A stretch of 64,000 nucleotides of DNA, from positions 1 through 64,000 of IMG/VR virus record IMGVR_UViG_3300046170_000494. The stretch is one strand, 5' to 3'. A model generated the notes under the pieces. The model was given only the letters and a program-made list of their open reading frames with translations. It did no database searches and was not told the origin of the DNA. Shown here in pieces: positions 31,387-40,027 of this stretch; within the stretch, counting starts at the first letter, position 1, and every line of letters begins with the position of its first letter. This DNA is from a virus. The position numbers and the translations under genes were made by a program.

Positions 31387-32345
31387 AGAAAATTCTGAAG
31401 AAATTCCTAACTCAAAAGAGGCTATGAGTCTTTGCATGGCATACCTCTGGGAAAATGTCATTGAACCAAGTAGCAAGGAAGGCGTCATTAGTCTAAAAAA
31501 TTATGACATGATTAAAGAGATTGGTCATGCTTTAACCATCATTGGAGAAAAAGCTCACGCCTACGAGAAAATGATTGACAACAACGAGCAATTTCCCTTA
31601 CAATCCTAATTAATGAAACACTTGCTAACTAAATCAAATGACGGATGCTTCATTATTGTAAGCTCAGAAGAAAAGACAGACAAGAATGATCTGTTCATCT
31701 CTGAAGACACATTCAAAAAGAACATTAACACTAAAACATTCGTAAAACACTCAACGCTAACCCATAATTCACAACCAATCTACATTTACCATGAAGACCT
31801 TTGATGACTTAAAATTCGCACCTCACCCTCACGCAAAAGATTTGGGAGTGACGGCAAGTTTAACCCTTGACAATGGCTATGCTTTCAGCGTTGTTGCTAA
31901 TACTGATGGTGGCGATCTGTTTTACGGCAATCACCCAAACACTTTTGAGGTTGCAGTCTTCAATCAACGAGGTGACTTTGTTCCACTCTCTGTTTCGGAC
32001 GATGTGCTTGGTTGGCAAGCTCCACACCAAGTGACTTCGCTGATGCATCAATTTGAGATTGACGGAATCAAGCACGAAAAATTACTTCACGATCTTCGGA
32101 ATGACTTCAACGAAAAAGTAGTAAAAAAACACAAAGAAAGAGGCAGGATTATGAATAGTTACCAAATACTAAAGAACGGCGAGCCAATGGGCATTCAAGG
32201 AACTTTTGACTACATTGTCAACGCAATACGAAACCTTGAATCAAATCTTGATCGAGCAACTGAACATTCACCTTTTACTGTTGCACTCGTAAATACTCAA
32301 GCTAAAATAACAAAAAATTTAGTGGAAACAACAAATACTAAATAA
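31376..32345 (+). CDS. three hypothetical genes (31376-31609, 31613-31804, 31791-32345)
   Basis: The last begins with the conserved phage pattern MKTFDDL.F..H...NGYAFSVV...FEVAV...DDVLGW. Confidence 0.6.
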
Positions 32346-32414
32346 TAAATAACAAATACTAAATAAAAGAATAGGTCAATCAAGATATAAAAATTATATT
32401 ATAAAAGTATTTAA

Positions 32415-32455
32415 TTAACCGATTCTATCAGGGCCCCCCTGCAGTGGGATAAGAT
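32415..32455 (+). repeat. truncated GC-box module E at the convergence point
   Basis: TTAACCGATTC..CAGGGCCCCCCTGC..GATAAG with no promoter following. Confidence 0.7.
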
Positions 32456-32469
32456 AACTTTTTAAGAGG

Positions 32470-32923
32470 TTACTCCCATTGGGAGTGAAATCCCCAATCA
32501 ATGTCGGGCTGGTCTTCAAATTGTATGAGTGAGATCTGGTCTTCCAGCTCGCCAATTTCATTGCGTATTGCAATTCTTTGAGAGTCGGTCAAGATGCACT
32601 CTTTAAGAACTTTGTGAAGTTCGAGGATTTCTTTTTGCATTTCGTTTTTGGTCATAAAAGTAATTTAGCAAAGTAAAAAAGTAATTGCAAGCTTTTTATT
32701 CATCCATTAACCACTCGTCAAGTGCGTAAATGTCAAGCTCTTCATCTTTAAAGCTCGCTCCGTCAGGAGTAGCAAACATTCCTGCATTTTCAAGGCAACT
32801 TGCAAGATCCTTAAAGCTCACAAATCTACGAGAGAGCTTGTAAAGGAATTCGTCATTATCTAACCAAAGAGCGACATTCCAAGTTGCCCAATTTTTCCAT
32901 CCGTTGTATGTTGTATCTGTCAT
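32470..32923 (-). CDS. two small genes (32470-32655, 32696-32923)
   Basis: The second has the conserved TYNGW.NWATWNVALWLDNDE.LY motif; start 32923 is 6 nt after TACATT. Confidence 0.65.
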
Positions 32924-32949
32924 GATAGTAATGTAGTCAAATTTTTCAC

Positions 32950-33028
32950 AAAAGTCAAGAAAAACTTTCAACTATTTTATTGCACAATTCGCTCGCAGGG
33001 GGGCCCGGGTTGGATCGGGCAACTTTTT
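32950..33028 (-). repeat. GC-box promoter module F
   Basis: 47 bp identical to module H, then GGGGGGCCCGGGTTGGATCGGGCAACTTTTT (+ strand reading). Confidence 0.9.
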
Positions 33029-33036
33029 AACGCTAA

Positions 33037-33068
33037 AGGTCAGGTCACTAAAAGTGACCTATTGACCT
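33037..33068. terminator. inverted repeat hairpin
   Basis: AGGTC-AGGTCAC-TAAAA-GTGACCT-AT-TGACCT. Confidence 0.5.
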
Positions 33069-33214
33069 AAAGCATGAACCAAAGAAAGAATAATGGAGAG
33101 AGGATTATGCAACCTAGCTCTAGTAAAAGTAATTCCATTTTAGAAAACTGAATCGGTTATTCCACGAAAAATGCCAATGACGAACGCTATTGAGAGAAGT
33201 AGTGCTAATTCCAT
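33067..33214 (-). CDS. two tandem transmembrane micropeptides (33140-33214, 24 aa; 33067-33138, 23 aa)
   Basis: MELALLLSIAFVIGIFRGITDSVF and MELLLLELGCIILSPLFFLWFML; promoter TTGACT-17-TACAAT with ATG 6 nt downstream. Confidence 0.55.
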
Positions 33215-33251
33215 AATCTAATTGTAGCAAAAAAAGGCTTGTTAGTCAAGC

Positions 33252-33992
33252 CTATTCTCCGAAGATTTCACGCATTGACGGACTCACGGATTTCATGTCG
33301 TGAAGATTTTCGTCATTGTCAAAGTCATCATCTTCTTCGGCTTTGTCATCAAAAGAAGCAAGCTCTTGAACTTCATCTTGAACATCTTCTTTTTTTGCGT
33401 TAAGTAAGCCATATTCGAGAACGAGATCTTCAGCAAGCTTTTCGACCTTTAATTCTTCAATGAAGTTTTGAAGTACAGGACTTACTTCGGCATTATTATT
33501 TTCCGCAATTCTACGGATGTTTTCTAGTCTTTGTGATTCTGTCATAGTAATTAGATTAAACGAATTTTTCAGGTTTTGCAAGCAAAAACTTCATGAAAGT
33601 TTTTTGTGCTTTTTGATTGTCTTGAATCTCGTCAAGCTCAATTTGGGCATTGATGACCATTTGCATGGATTCAATGTTGCCAAGATCGGCAAGAGGTGTT
33701 TGGATTCGAATGATTTCTTTGAGTTCTTTTATTTTGTCCATGGTAGTAATCTAGTTGATTTTTTAATTTATTGCAAGCTAAAAACGATTTATTTTTGAAT
33801 TTCTTTAAACATTTTTTGAAGAGCTTCAACCTTTTCAATGAGTCCTTGCGTTGTCATTTCTTCAGTCAAAGTCCTTGCGGATTCTTTTTTTTCTGTGTTC
33901 ATGTAATGCAAAAACTCAATAGACCCTTTGATTTGAGCGAGCTTAATTCCGAAGTCGAGTTCTTGGAGGAGTGTTTCTTTTGTCTTAATCAT
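33252..33992 (-). CDS. three small genes (33252-33545 highly acidic, 33556-33741, 33789-33992)
   Basis: Each is preceded by a TTG-type promoter on the minus strand. Confidence 0.6.
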
Positions 33993-34021
33993 AAGTAAAA
34001 ACTACCACAGAAACCGGCAAA

Positions 34022-34097
34022 ACACAAGCCTAAAATTCAACTATTTTATTGCACAATCCGCTCGCGGGGGGGCCCGAGTTGGATCGGGCAACTTTTT
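34022..34097 (-). repeat. GC-box promoter module G
   Basis: One mismatch to module H across the ~60-bp core. Confidence 0.9.
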
Positions 34098-34713
34098 AGA
34101 CGATTTGGGTTAGTCTATTTATTTTTGCTGTGAGAGTGATTTGCCTTGCCTCATTCTGCCATTTTTGTGAACTATTGCTGAACCTTTTATTTCTAGATAG
34201 ATTCATCACAGAAAAAGCTCCTTCGTGCAGTCTATTCACTACCTTGCACAATTCTCTTGTTTCTTTGATTGGATTTGATTTGTCTTTGACAAAGTCAGAG
34301 GTTTGAAGCCAAACATTTTTCATTTTCAAGATTTCAACATTTGTTCTAATTCTGTAAAATTTTACATCAACTAAATTCTCAGGCGTTCCATCCCAAAAGC
34401 CGACAACCAAAACCAAACCTTTTTTAATTGTTTTTAATTTTCTTGCAATGTCTCCGAGTTGAATTTCTTTGCTTTTTATATTGTAGTATTTTACTTCCCA
34501 ATCTCCGATCAATTTTTTAGGAACTCCGCCTTGGCGAACAATTTCTTCAGGAAAGTCAACTTCTGCGTTGTGCTGTTCATGAGTAGGAAAGCCAAAGTAA
34601 TCAGAGATGAAGCGTTCAAACGCTTTGCCGTGCTTTCCTCTTTGTTTGTTGTGTACGCTGATATTACGAACATATTGTTTGATTTTTGGGAATGATTTTT
34701 GTGCAAGTTTCAT
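34096..34713 (-). CDS. PD-(D/E)XK restriction-endonuclease-like protein
   Basis: HGKAFERFI...VD...WEVK...IQLGDIAR pattern. Confidence 0.55.
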   Translation of the reverse strand: MKLAQKSFPKIKQYVRNISVHNKQRGKHGKAFERFISDYFGFPTHEQHNAEVDFPEEIVRQGGVPKKLIGDWEVKYYNIKSKEIQLGDIARKLKTIKKGLVLVVGFWDGTPENLVDVKFYRIRTNVEILKMKNVWLQTSDFVKDKSNPIKETRELCKVVNRLHEGAFSVMNLSRNKRFSNSSQKWQNEARQITLTAKINRLTQIV

Positions 34714-34765
34714 AATTTTATTTTTTAAGCAATTAGATTTGAGTTTATATAAATTTTTTTTTCTG

Positions 34766-34966
34766 TCAAGCATTTCTTTCTACTGACTTCCAACCATAAG
34801 CTAAAACTTTGTCATTATAGCGAGCTTGTGAAAGCATAGCCTTAAGGTCAGAAATTTTTGCATTGATCCAATCAATTTCGCTTTGATCCATTTTACCTTG
34901 CCACATTGCAAGTTGGTTTTTTTCTATTGCGATTTCGTTTTTTATTTGTTCTGTTGTCTTAATCAT
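34766..34966 (-). CDS. hypothetical protein
   Basis: Starts ATGATTAAGACA; own promoter. Confidence 0.6.
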   Translation of the reverse strand: MIKTTEQIKNEIAIEKNQLAMWQGKMDQSEIDWINAKISDLKAMLSQARYNDKVLAYGWKSVERNA

Positions 34967-35119
34967 ATTTACAATCTATTATATATTTTAGCAAAAGTCA
35001 AACTTTATTTTACTTTTTTTTGAGTTTTTTTAAGTTTGAAGGCGAGGAGAATTTTTTCTCTTTCTGTGAGTGGTTGTCTATCTTTTTGATTCATACCTAA
35101 ACATCGCACAGAAACCCCG

Positions 35120-35198
35120 AAAAGTCAAGAAAAACTTTCAACTATTTTATTGCACAATTCGCTCGCGGGGGGGCCCGAGTTGGATCGGGCAACTTTTT
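35120..35198 (-). repeat. GC-box promoter module H
   Basis: + strand reading AAAAGTCAAG..TTTTATTGCACAATTCGCTCGC-G7-CCCGAGTTGGATCGGGCAACTTTTT. Confidence 0.9.
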
Positions 35199-35204
35199 AG
35201 TTGG

Positions 35205-35963
35205 TTAAAACACAAGAAGATCTGGCTCAGCAGTATTAGAAGCGAACCAGTCGGATGGGTTAATTTCTTGACCATTTAGTACAGGCTCGAATTTGTACTG
35301 ATAGACGCCCGCGTTAGCTATGCCGTTGACGCGTTCGCGTGTGGTGGGTGTATTCCATCCCGCAAGCGACCATCTGACAAGCCCGTCAGGATCGCGTTTG
35401 ACAATTGCGTTACCATGCAGCCAAACGGTTTTGCCGTCTGTCTCGGTGTTGCCGACTTTTAAAGATGTGCCTTGCTCGAAGGCTGCTTTGATTTGTGCTG
35501 TTACTTTTCGCATAATTATTTTGTTTCGTTTTTTCTTTGTTTGTGAAGGATTGCTTGCAATTGTTTTCTTGCTTCCTGTATTGCATGCAACGCATCCAAC
35601 ACAGCTTCGCCTTGTGTGAATGTTTTCATTTCTGCATTAGCAAGGAAGTTCAGATTTCCTTCGGCTTTCGAAAGAGCGAGTCCGAGTTCTAGTTCGATGA
35701 ATCTTTTTTGTTCTGTCATAGTATTACTTTAAGAAATTTTTTGTGCAATTGCAAGCTAAAAGTGAATTATTTTAAGCTATCCATTCGACAAGTTCAAACT
35801 TTCTAGGCAGTCCAAACTTGGCAAGATCTTTGTTCAAGTCTTCAATCGTTGCGTGATGTTCGCATTTCATCATTACATTTGAGCTGATCAGCTCGCCTGT
35901 CTTGCGGTCAATTATATTTACTTTGGCAATGAAGCCGTTTACTTTATTATTTGTCTTAATCAT
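35205..35963 (-). CDS. three small genes (35205-35513, 35516-35719, 35772-35963)
   Basis: The first has the conserved MRK...NT...VWLHGNAI...GWNTPTTRERVN phage pattern. Confidence 0.65.
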
Positions 35964-35994
35964 ATACCTACAAGGTAGCACATCAGGTCAGAAA

Positions 35995-36080
35995 TTGCAA
36001 GCAAAAAGTGAAAAAAGATTCTCTTATTTTATTGCACAATTCAACCGCCGGGGGGCCCGAGTTGGATCGGGCAACTTTTT
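35995..36080 (-). repeat. GC-box promoter module I
   Basis: TTTTATTGCACAATTC..G6-CCCGAGTTGGATCGGGCAACTTTTT. Confidence 0.88.
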
Positions 36081-36878
36081 AGTCAGTTAGTAGATCGCTA
36101 AACATAAAGTAGAATACGAGAGACATATTGGCGAAAAAGATAATTTCTAAGATCATAATTTTTTAGTTGTTTAGGTTACTTATTACTTGAGAGAATAGGT
36201 GAGCGAGTGCGTTGGCTTAATTCTTGAGCTATTTCTAAAGCCTTCGCATAGCTTTTCGCGTTGTCAACGAGCTTGCCGTTGTAAAAAACATTGAACCAAT
36301 TTTGGAAGTTTGGGTTTCTGAATACATTAATCATAATTATTTATTCTAAAGGTTTACTAGCAAAGGTCAAGCTTTATTGCCAAATTGTTTCCACATCGTC
36401 GTGGATTTGAGAGAAAGAAATGTCTTGCTCTTCCGCAAGTATTCTGTCAAGGTATGGAGCTCGACCTGTTTTGCGGTCGATGTTCGCGGAACGAACTCGT
36501 GGATATTCTTGGGATGGGTTATCCCAAACTTTAACGCTGTAGTGGGTTGACCACTTTTTAATTCTTATTTTCTTAATCATATGTAATTACTTTAATCTTT
36601 TTTTTTAAAAATTGCAAGTAAAAAGCAAATTATTTTACGAGTTCAAGTATTTCTTCGCAAGCTTCGACGCATCCCGATTCCCAAAACAACTCAGGATCTC
36701 GTATCTCGGAAACAACTTTTTCGGATGACAACTCAGAAGGAACTGAAACAACTTCACCAAGTCCAAGCTTGCCACCAAAGGCTTCTGCTAAGTTGTCGCA
36801 AGCACGATCGTTGCAACCTTCGTCAGCGTCGGCAAGTATTGAAAAGAGAGCTTGTATTTTTTCTTGTGATAATTTCAT
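36079..36878 (-). CDS. four small genes (36079-36156 TM micropeptide, 36176-36334, 36374-36580, 36630-36878)
   Basis: Hand-checked starts lie just downstream of minus-strand promoters. Confidence 0.55.
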
Positions 36879-36938
36879 AATTTTTTTTCTTATATTGTTT
36901 AACTTACTATATATACAATCTAACAAACTGAGCCGGAA

Positions 36939-36998
36939 TTGCAAGAAAAAAGCGAAAAAAGATTCAACTATTTTATTGCACTATACCCCCACCCCCGG
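36939..36998 (-). repeat. divergent GC-box module J
   Basis: TTCAACTATTTTATTGCAC is shared with F-H, followed by CCCCCACCCCCGG instead of the G run. Confidence 0.6.
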
Positions 36999-37223
36999 TA
37001 TGACCCTACCCATTAAATGAATTCATTTCCTGTATTAGTTTTGTGAGAAGTGCGGGGGGTGCCTTTTTTCAATATGAAATTCATCTTATAAATTACAATA
37101 TATATGTTCAACTAAAAAAAATACGGGGCCTATATAAAAATAATCAATTTATATATAAAACAATAAGGCTTGCCTCATAAAAAAATAAAAAACGTGTACT
37201 ATTATGTTAGTATAATATATAAA

Positions 37224-37958
37224 ATGCCTCGACGCAAGAAAAAACCGGAAATCGTGAATGAGGATGATATCGAAAGAATTCGTACCTCATTAACCAAAAC
37301 AAATATAAAACTTAAACAAATAAGTTTAACGGACAAACAAAAACAATTATTAAAAATAATCTTTGACAAAGATAGTAAAATAATATTTATTAGTGGTCCC
37401 GCTGGAACAAGTAAAACATATGTTGCAATATATGGAGCCTTGCAATTATACAACATGAATAATGAGCGCGGAATTACTTATGTTCGAACAATTGCAGAGA
37501 GTGGTGAAAAAAGTCTTGGAGCGTTGCCTGGCGAAATGGCGGAAAAAATCAATCCATACATGATGCCAATGAATGAAAAACTAGATGAATTATTAATTCC
37601 TGGTCAAGCAAGTATAGTAAAAGACAAAGAAATAGTTAAAGGTATGCCTATCAACTACTTACGCGGAGCAAGTTGGCGCGACGAGATTGTAATCGCGGAT
37701 GAATCTCAAAATTTCACATTTAAAGAATTAACAACATTAATGACACGTCTTGGTCGCGGCAGTAAATTAATTATTTGCGGTGACCCTATGCAAAGTGATA
37801 TTAATGGGAAAAGTGGATTTGCAGATATGTACTCTGTGTTTAATGATGAAGATAGTCGCGAGAAAGGAATACATACTTTTCATTTCGGAGCAGAAGATAT
37901 TCAAAGAAGTGAAATACTTAAGTATGTAATAACTAAAATTCAAAATCATAAAAAATAG
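37224..37958 (+). CDS. phoH: PhoH family ATPase
   Basis: GPAGTSKT Walker A, LGALPG, YLRGASW, IADESQN, LMTRLG, GDPMQSD. Confidence 0.92.
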   Translation: MPRRKKKPEIVNEDDIERIRTSLTKTNIKLKQISLTDKQKQLLKIIFDKDSKIIFISGPAGTSKTYVAIYGALQLYNMNNERGITYVRTIAESGEKSLGALPGEMAEKINPYMMPMNEKLDELLIPGQASIVKDKEIVKGMPINYLRGASWRDEIVIADESQNFTFKELTTLMTRLGRGSKLIICGDPMQSDINGKSGFADMYSVFNDEDSREKGIHTFHFGAEDIQRSEILKYVITKIQNHKK

Positions 37959-37962
37959 TGTA
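37958..37962 (+). promoter_or_regulatory. putative phage late promoter GTGTA-N9-ATG
   Basis: 9 nt before ATG 37972. Confidence 0.55.
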
Positions 37963-37971
37963 TGAAGTACT

Positions 37972-38502
37972 ATGTCTATTCAGTTATTAGCATCTTCTCC
38001 AGGCCAAGTAGGAGTTGATAGTATTCGCACTGCAGTTAATACTGTATTAACTACAATCGGCGCAAGCACTACTCCATTAACAGCTAGCCCTGGTCAAACT
38101 TCAGTTGACACAATTAGAACAAAGGTTAATCAATTATTGCAAGATGCAGGTTCAACTATTACTTTATTATCTGTAAGCCCGAATCAAATTACAGTTGATC
38201 AATTAAGAACTAAAGTTAACGAAATCATTCAAGCCGCAAATGATGGAACGATAGGTGGAAGATTCAACTTTGCTCTACTTGAAAATAGCGACAAGATATT
38301 GATTGAGGTCGGCGGAGGACTACTTCTTGAGGGTGGTCAAAGTCTTGACAGATTAACCTCAGAATCTGAAGTTGACATTATCACAGAAGGAACTGAAGAT
38401 TTTATTGTTGTCGAAGGAGACGCTAGCCTTAATGCACTTTCTCTTGAGAATGGAGATGAATTATTGCTTGAAGATTTAGTTACTACATTAGATTTAGAAT
38501 AA
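37972..38502 (+). CDS. repeat-rich virion protein candidate
   Basis: Three (L)LxxSPxQxxVDxxRTxVN repeats followed by several acidic LLLE/LxxE repeats. Confidence 0.55.
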   Translation: MSIQLLASSPGQVGVDSIRTAVNTVLTTIGASTTPLTASPGQTSVDTIRTKVNQLLQDAGSTITLLSVSPNQITVDQLRTKVNEIIQAANDGTIGGRFNFALLENSDKILIEVGGGLLLEGGQSLDRLTSESEVDIITEGTEDFIVVEGDASLNALSLENGDELLLEDLVTTLDLE

Positions 38503-38514
38503 TATAAAAAATTA

Positions 38515-38519
38515 GTGTA
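38515..38519 (+). promoter_or_regulatory. putative phage late promoter GTGTA-N9-ATG
   Basis: 9 nt before ATG 38529. Confidence 0.55.
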
Positions 38520-38528
38520 TAATAAATT

Positions 38529-39809
38529 ATGGCCGATTCAAAGATATCAGATTTACCAGAAAGCTCAAATCCAAATCCATTATCAAAAGTAATTACTGCT
38601 TATAATGGACAAAATTATCAAGTGCCTTTAACATCTCTTGTTTCTAGTGCTAGTGCTCCTAAATTTGTGTTTTATTTAAATTCTTCGGGGACCGCAAACA
38701 ATAATAGTTCTTTTGAAGATTTGAATCTTCAGCCGGGCCAAAATGATTTTCAAATAGCGTCTACTCGATTTAATTCTTTTAAATTGTGTATGATATGGAT
38801 TCGGAATAATTTAGGTGCGGGCGGAGGACTTGTTCATATAATATTCGAAACAAATATCTCAGATACTCGGGGTTCTCAACCGATGTTTTCAGATGCAAAA
38901 ACAGATATCTATGTTTTTGGAAATAAAGTAGTGGGGGAATATTTCTCTCAAGGTGTTAATGGCTCTATACCATCTTCATCGAATAACCCTGGACCAAGGT
39001 TAACTTATACTCTTGACGGCACAGCGCATCAAAATACCCCTAACTTTATAGACTTTTGGTTCAATGGCAGAATAACTTTCTACGGTTTAAAATTTGATAT
39101 TAAAAATTTTAATAATCAAGGGCAATCCTTTGGTCTTTTCAGATTTTCTTATAGGAATGCATATAGTTTTTTTAATGGGGTTACGGTTAAAGTCGCAACG
39201 GGAAATAATAATACGAGCGTTCCGAGGGTTATTGAGGCAGATGGAGGAGCAATATTTTGCAGTTCAATCATAATAGGGTCGGGCTCAATCGATATTTTAG
39301 ACTCATTTTTTTCGGGTAATTCTAGATTAGCAGCTTTTGAATTTGAACTTGCTCAAGGAAGTGGCGTTGGCGATTTTTTCTCTGTAAATACAGGAGCGCT
39401 TGCGGGAGTAACTGAGTTTGGTTATATGCATTTTGGCGTTTCAAGTTATACAGCTAATGCTAGAATACATTTTATAAACAGTTGTACTATGTCGAACTTT
39501 GTTGCCATACAATCTGGATCTGAATTTTCAACAAATGGAATGTGTGTATCTAAAGCAAGTGGAGTGACTGTCAGTTCGGGTGATGCGATAGAGGCTAATG
39601 CATTTAACACTTTATTAATATCAAATTTTGCTGGATCACTTACAAGTACATCTACAACTACTAATAGTGGAGTGCAAAGACTGCCAGGAACAAGAAAATT
39701 TGGAAGTGGTAATACAGCGGGTCAAGACTATATTATATTCCCAGACGATTTTACTAATGTATCAAGCGGAAGTATTGTAACCGCTCCCCATGCACGTTAT
39801 ACCAGATAA
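38529..39809 (+). CDS. fibre/spike-like protein
   Basis: KISDLP N-terminus; Gly/Ser/Asn/Phe-rich beta-type body. Confidence 0.6.
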   Translation: MADSKISDLPESSNPNPLSKVITAYNGQNYQVPLTSLVSSASAPKFVFYLNSSGTANNNSSFEDLNLQPGQNDFQIASTRFNSFKLCMIWIRNNLGAGGGLVHIIFETNISDTRGSQPMFSDAKTDIYVFGNKVVGEYFSQGVNGSIPSSSNNPGPRLTYTLDGTAHQNTPNFIDFWFNGRITFYGLKFDIKNFNNQGQSFGLFRFSYRNAYSFFNGVTVKVATGNNNTSVPRVIEADGGAIFCSSIIIGSGSIDILDSFFSGNSRLAAFEFELAQGSGVGDFFSVNTGALAGVTEFGYMHFGVSSYTANARIHFINSCTMSNFVAIQSGSEFSTNGMCVSKASGVTVSSGDAIEANAFNTLLISNFAGSLTSTSTTTNSGVQRLPGTRKFGSGNTAGQDYIIFPDDFTNVSSGSIVTAPHARYTR

Positions 39810-40018
39810 TGAATGAATTAAATATATATCACACATCATTCCTTCCTTCTAGGGAGGATACATATAAAAACCCAGTATATGACAAAAGCGGGAATCTCAT
39901 AAAAGCCACTAAATGCTGCACAAAAGAAGATATTACTCCAGGCCATAAAGATTGGGACAGCGCTGTAGAATTTATTAAAATTGGCTACCCCAAAGATATT
40001 TCCGAAAAAACAGAATAA
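39809..40018 (+). CDS. hypothetical protein (possible fibre assembly helper)
   Basis: Coupled to the fibre gene. Confidence 0.45.
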   Translation: MNELNIYHTSFLPSREDTYKNPVYDKSGNLIKATKCCTKEDITPGHKDWDSAVEFIKIGYPKDISEKTE

Positions 40019-40027
40019 TTTAATATC

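Noticed and set aside
32950-36080. GC-box repeats as integron attC sites
   Set aside because: GTTGGAT fits the GTTRRRY core, but there is no separate RYYYAAC partner at attC spacing, no long imperfect palindrome and no integrase in the window.
26700-37000. GC-box repeats as a CRISPR array
   Set aside because: The repeats are 0.6-1.8 kb apart with whole genes between them, they change orientation, and no cas genes are present.
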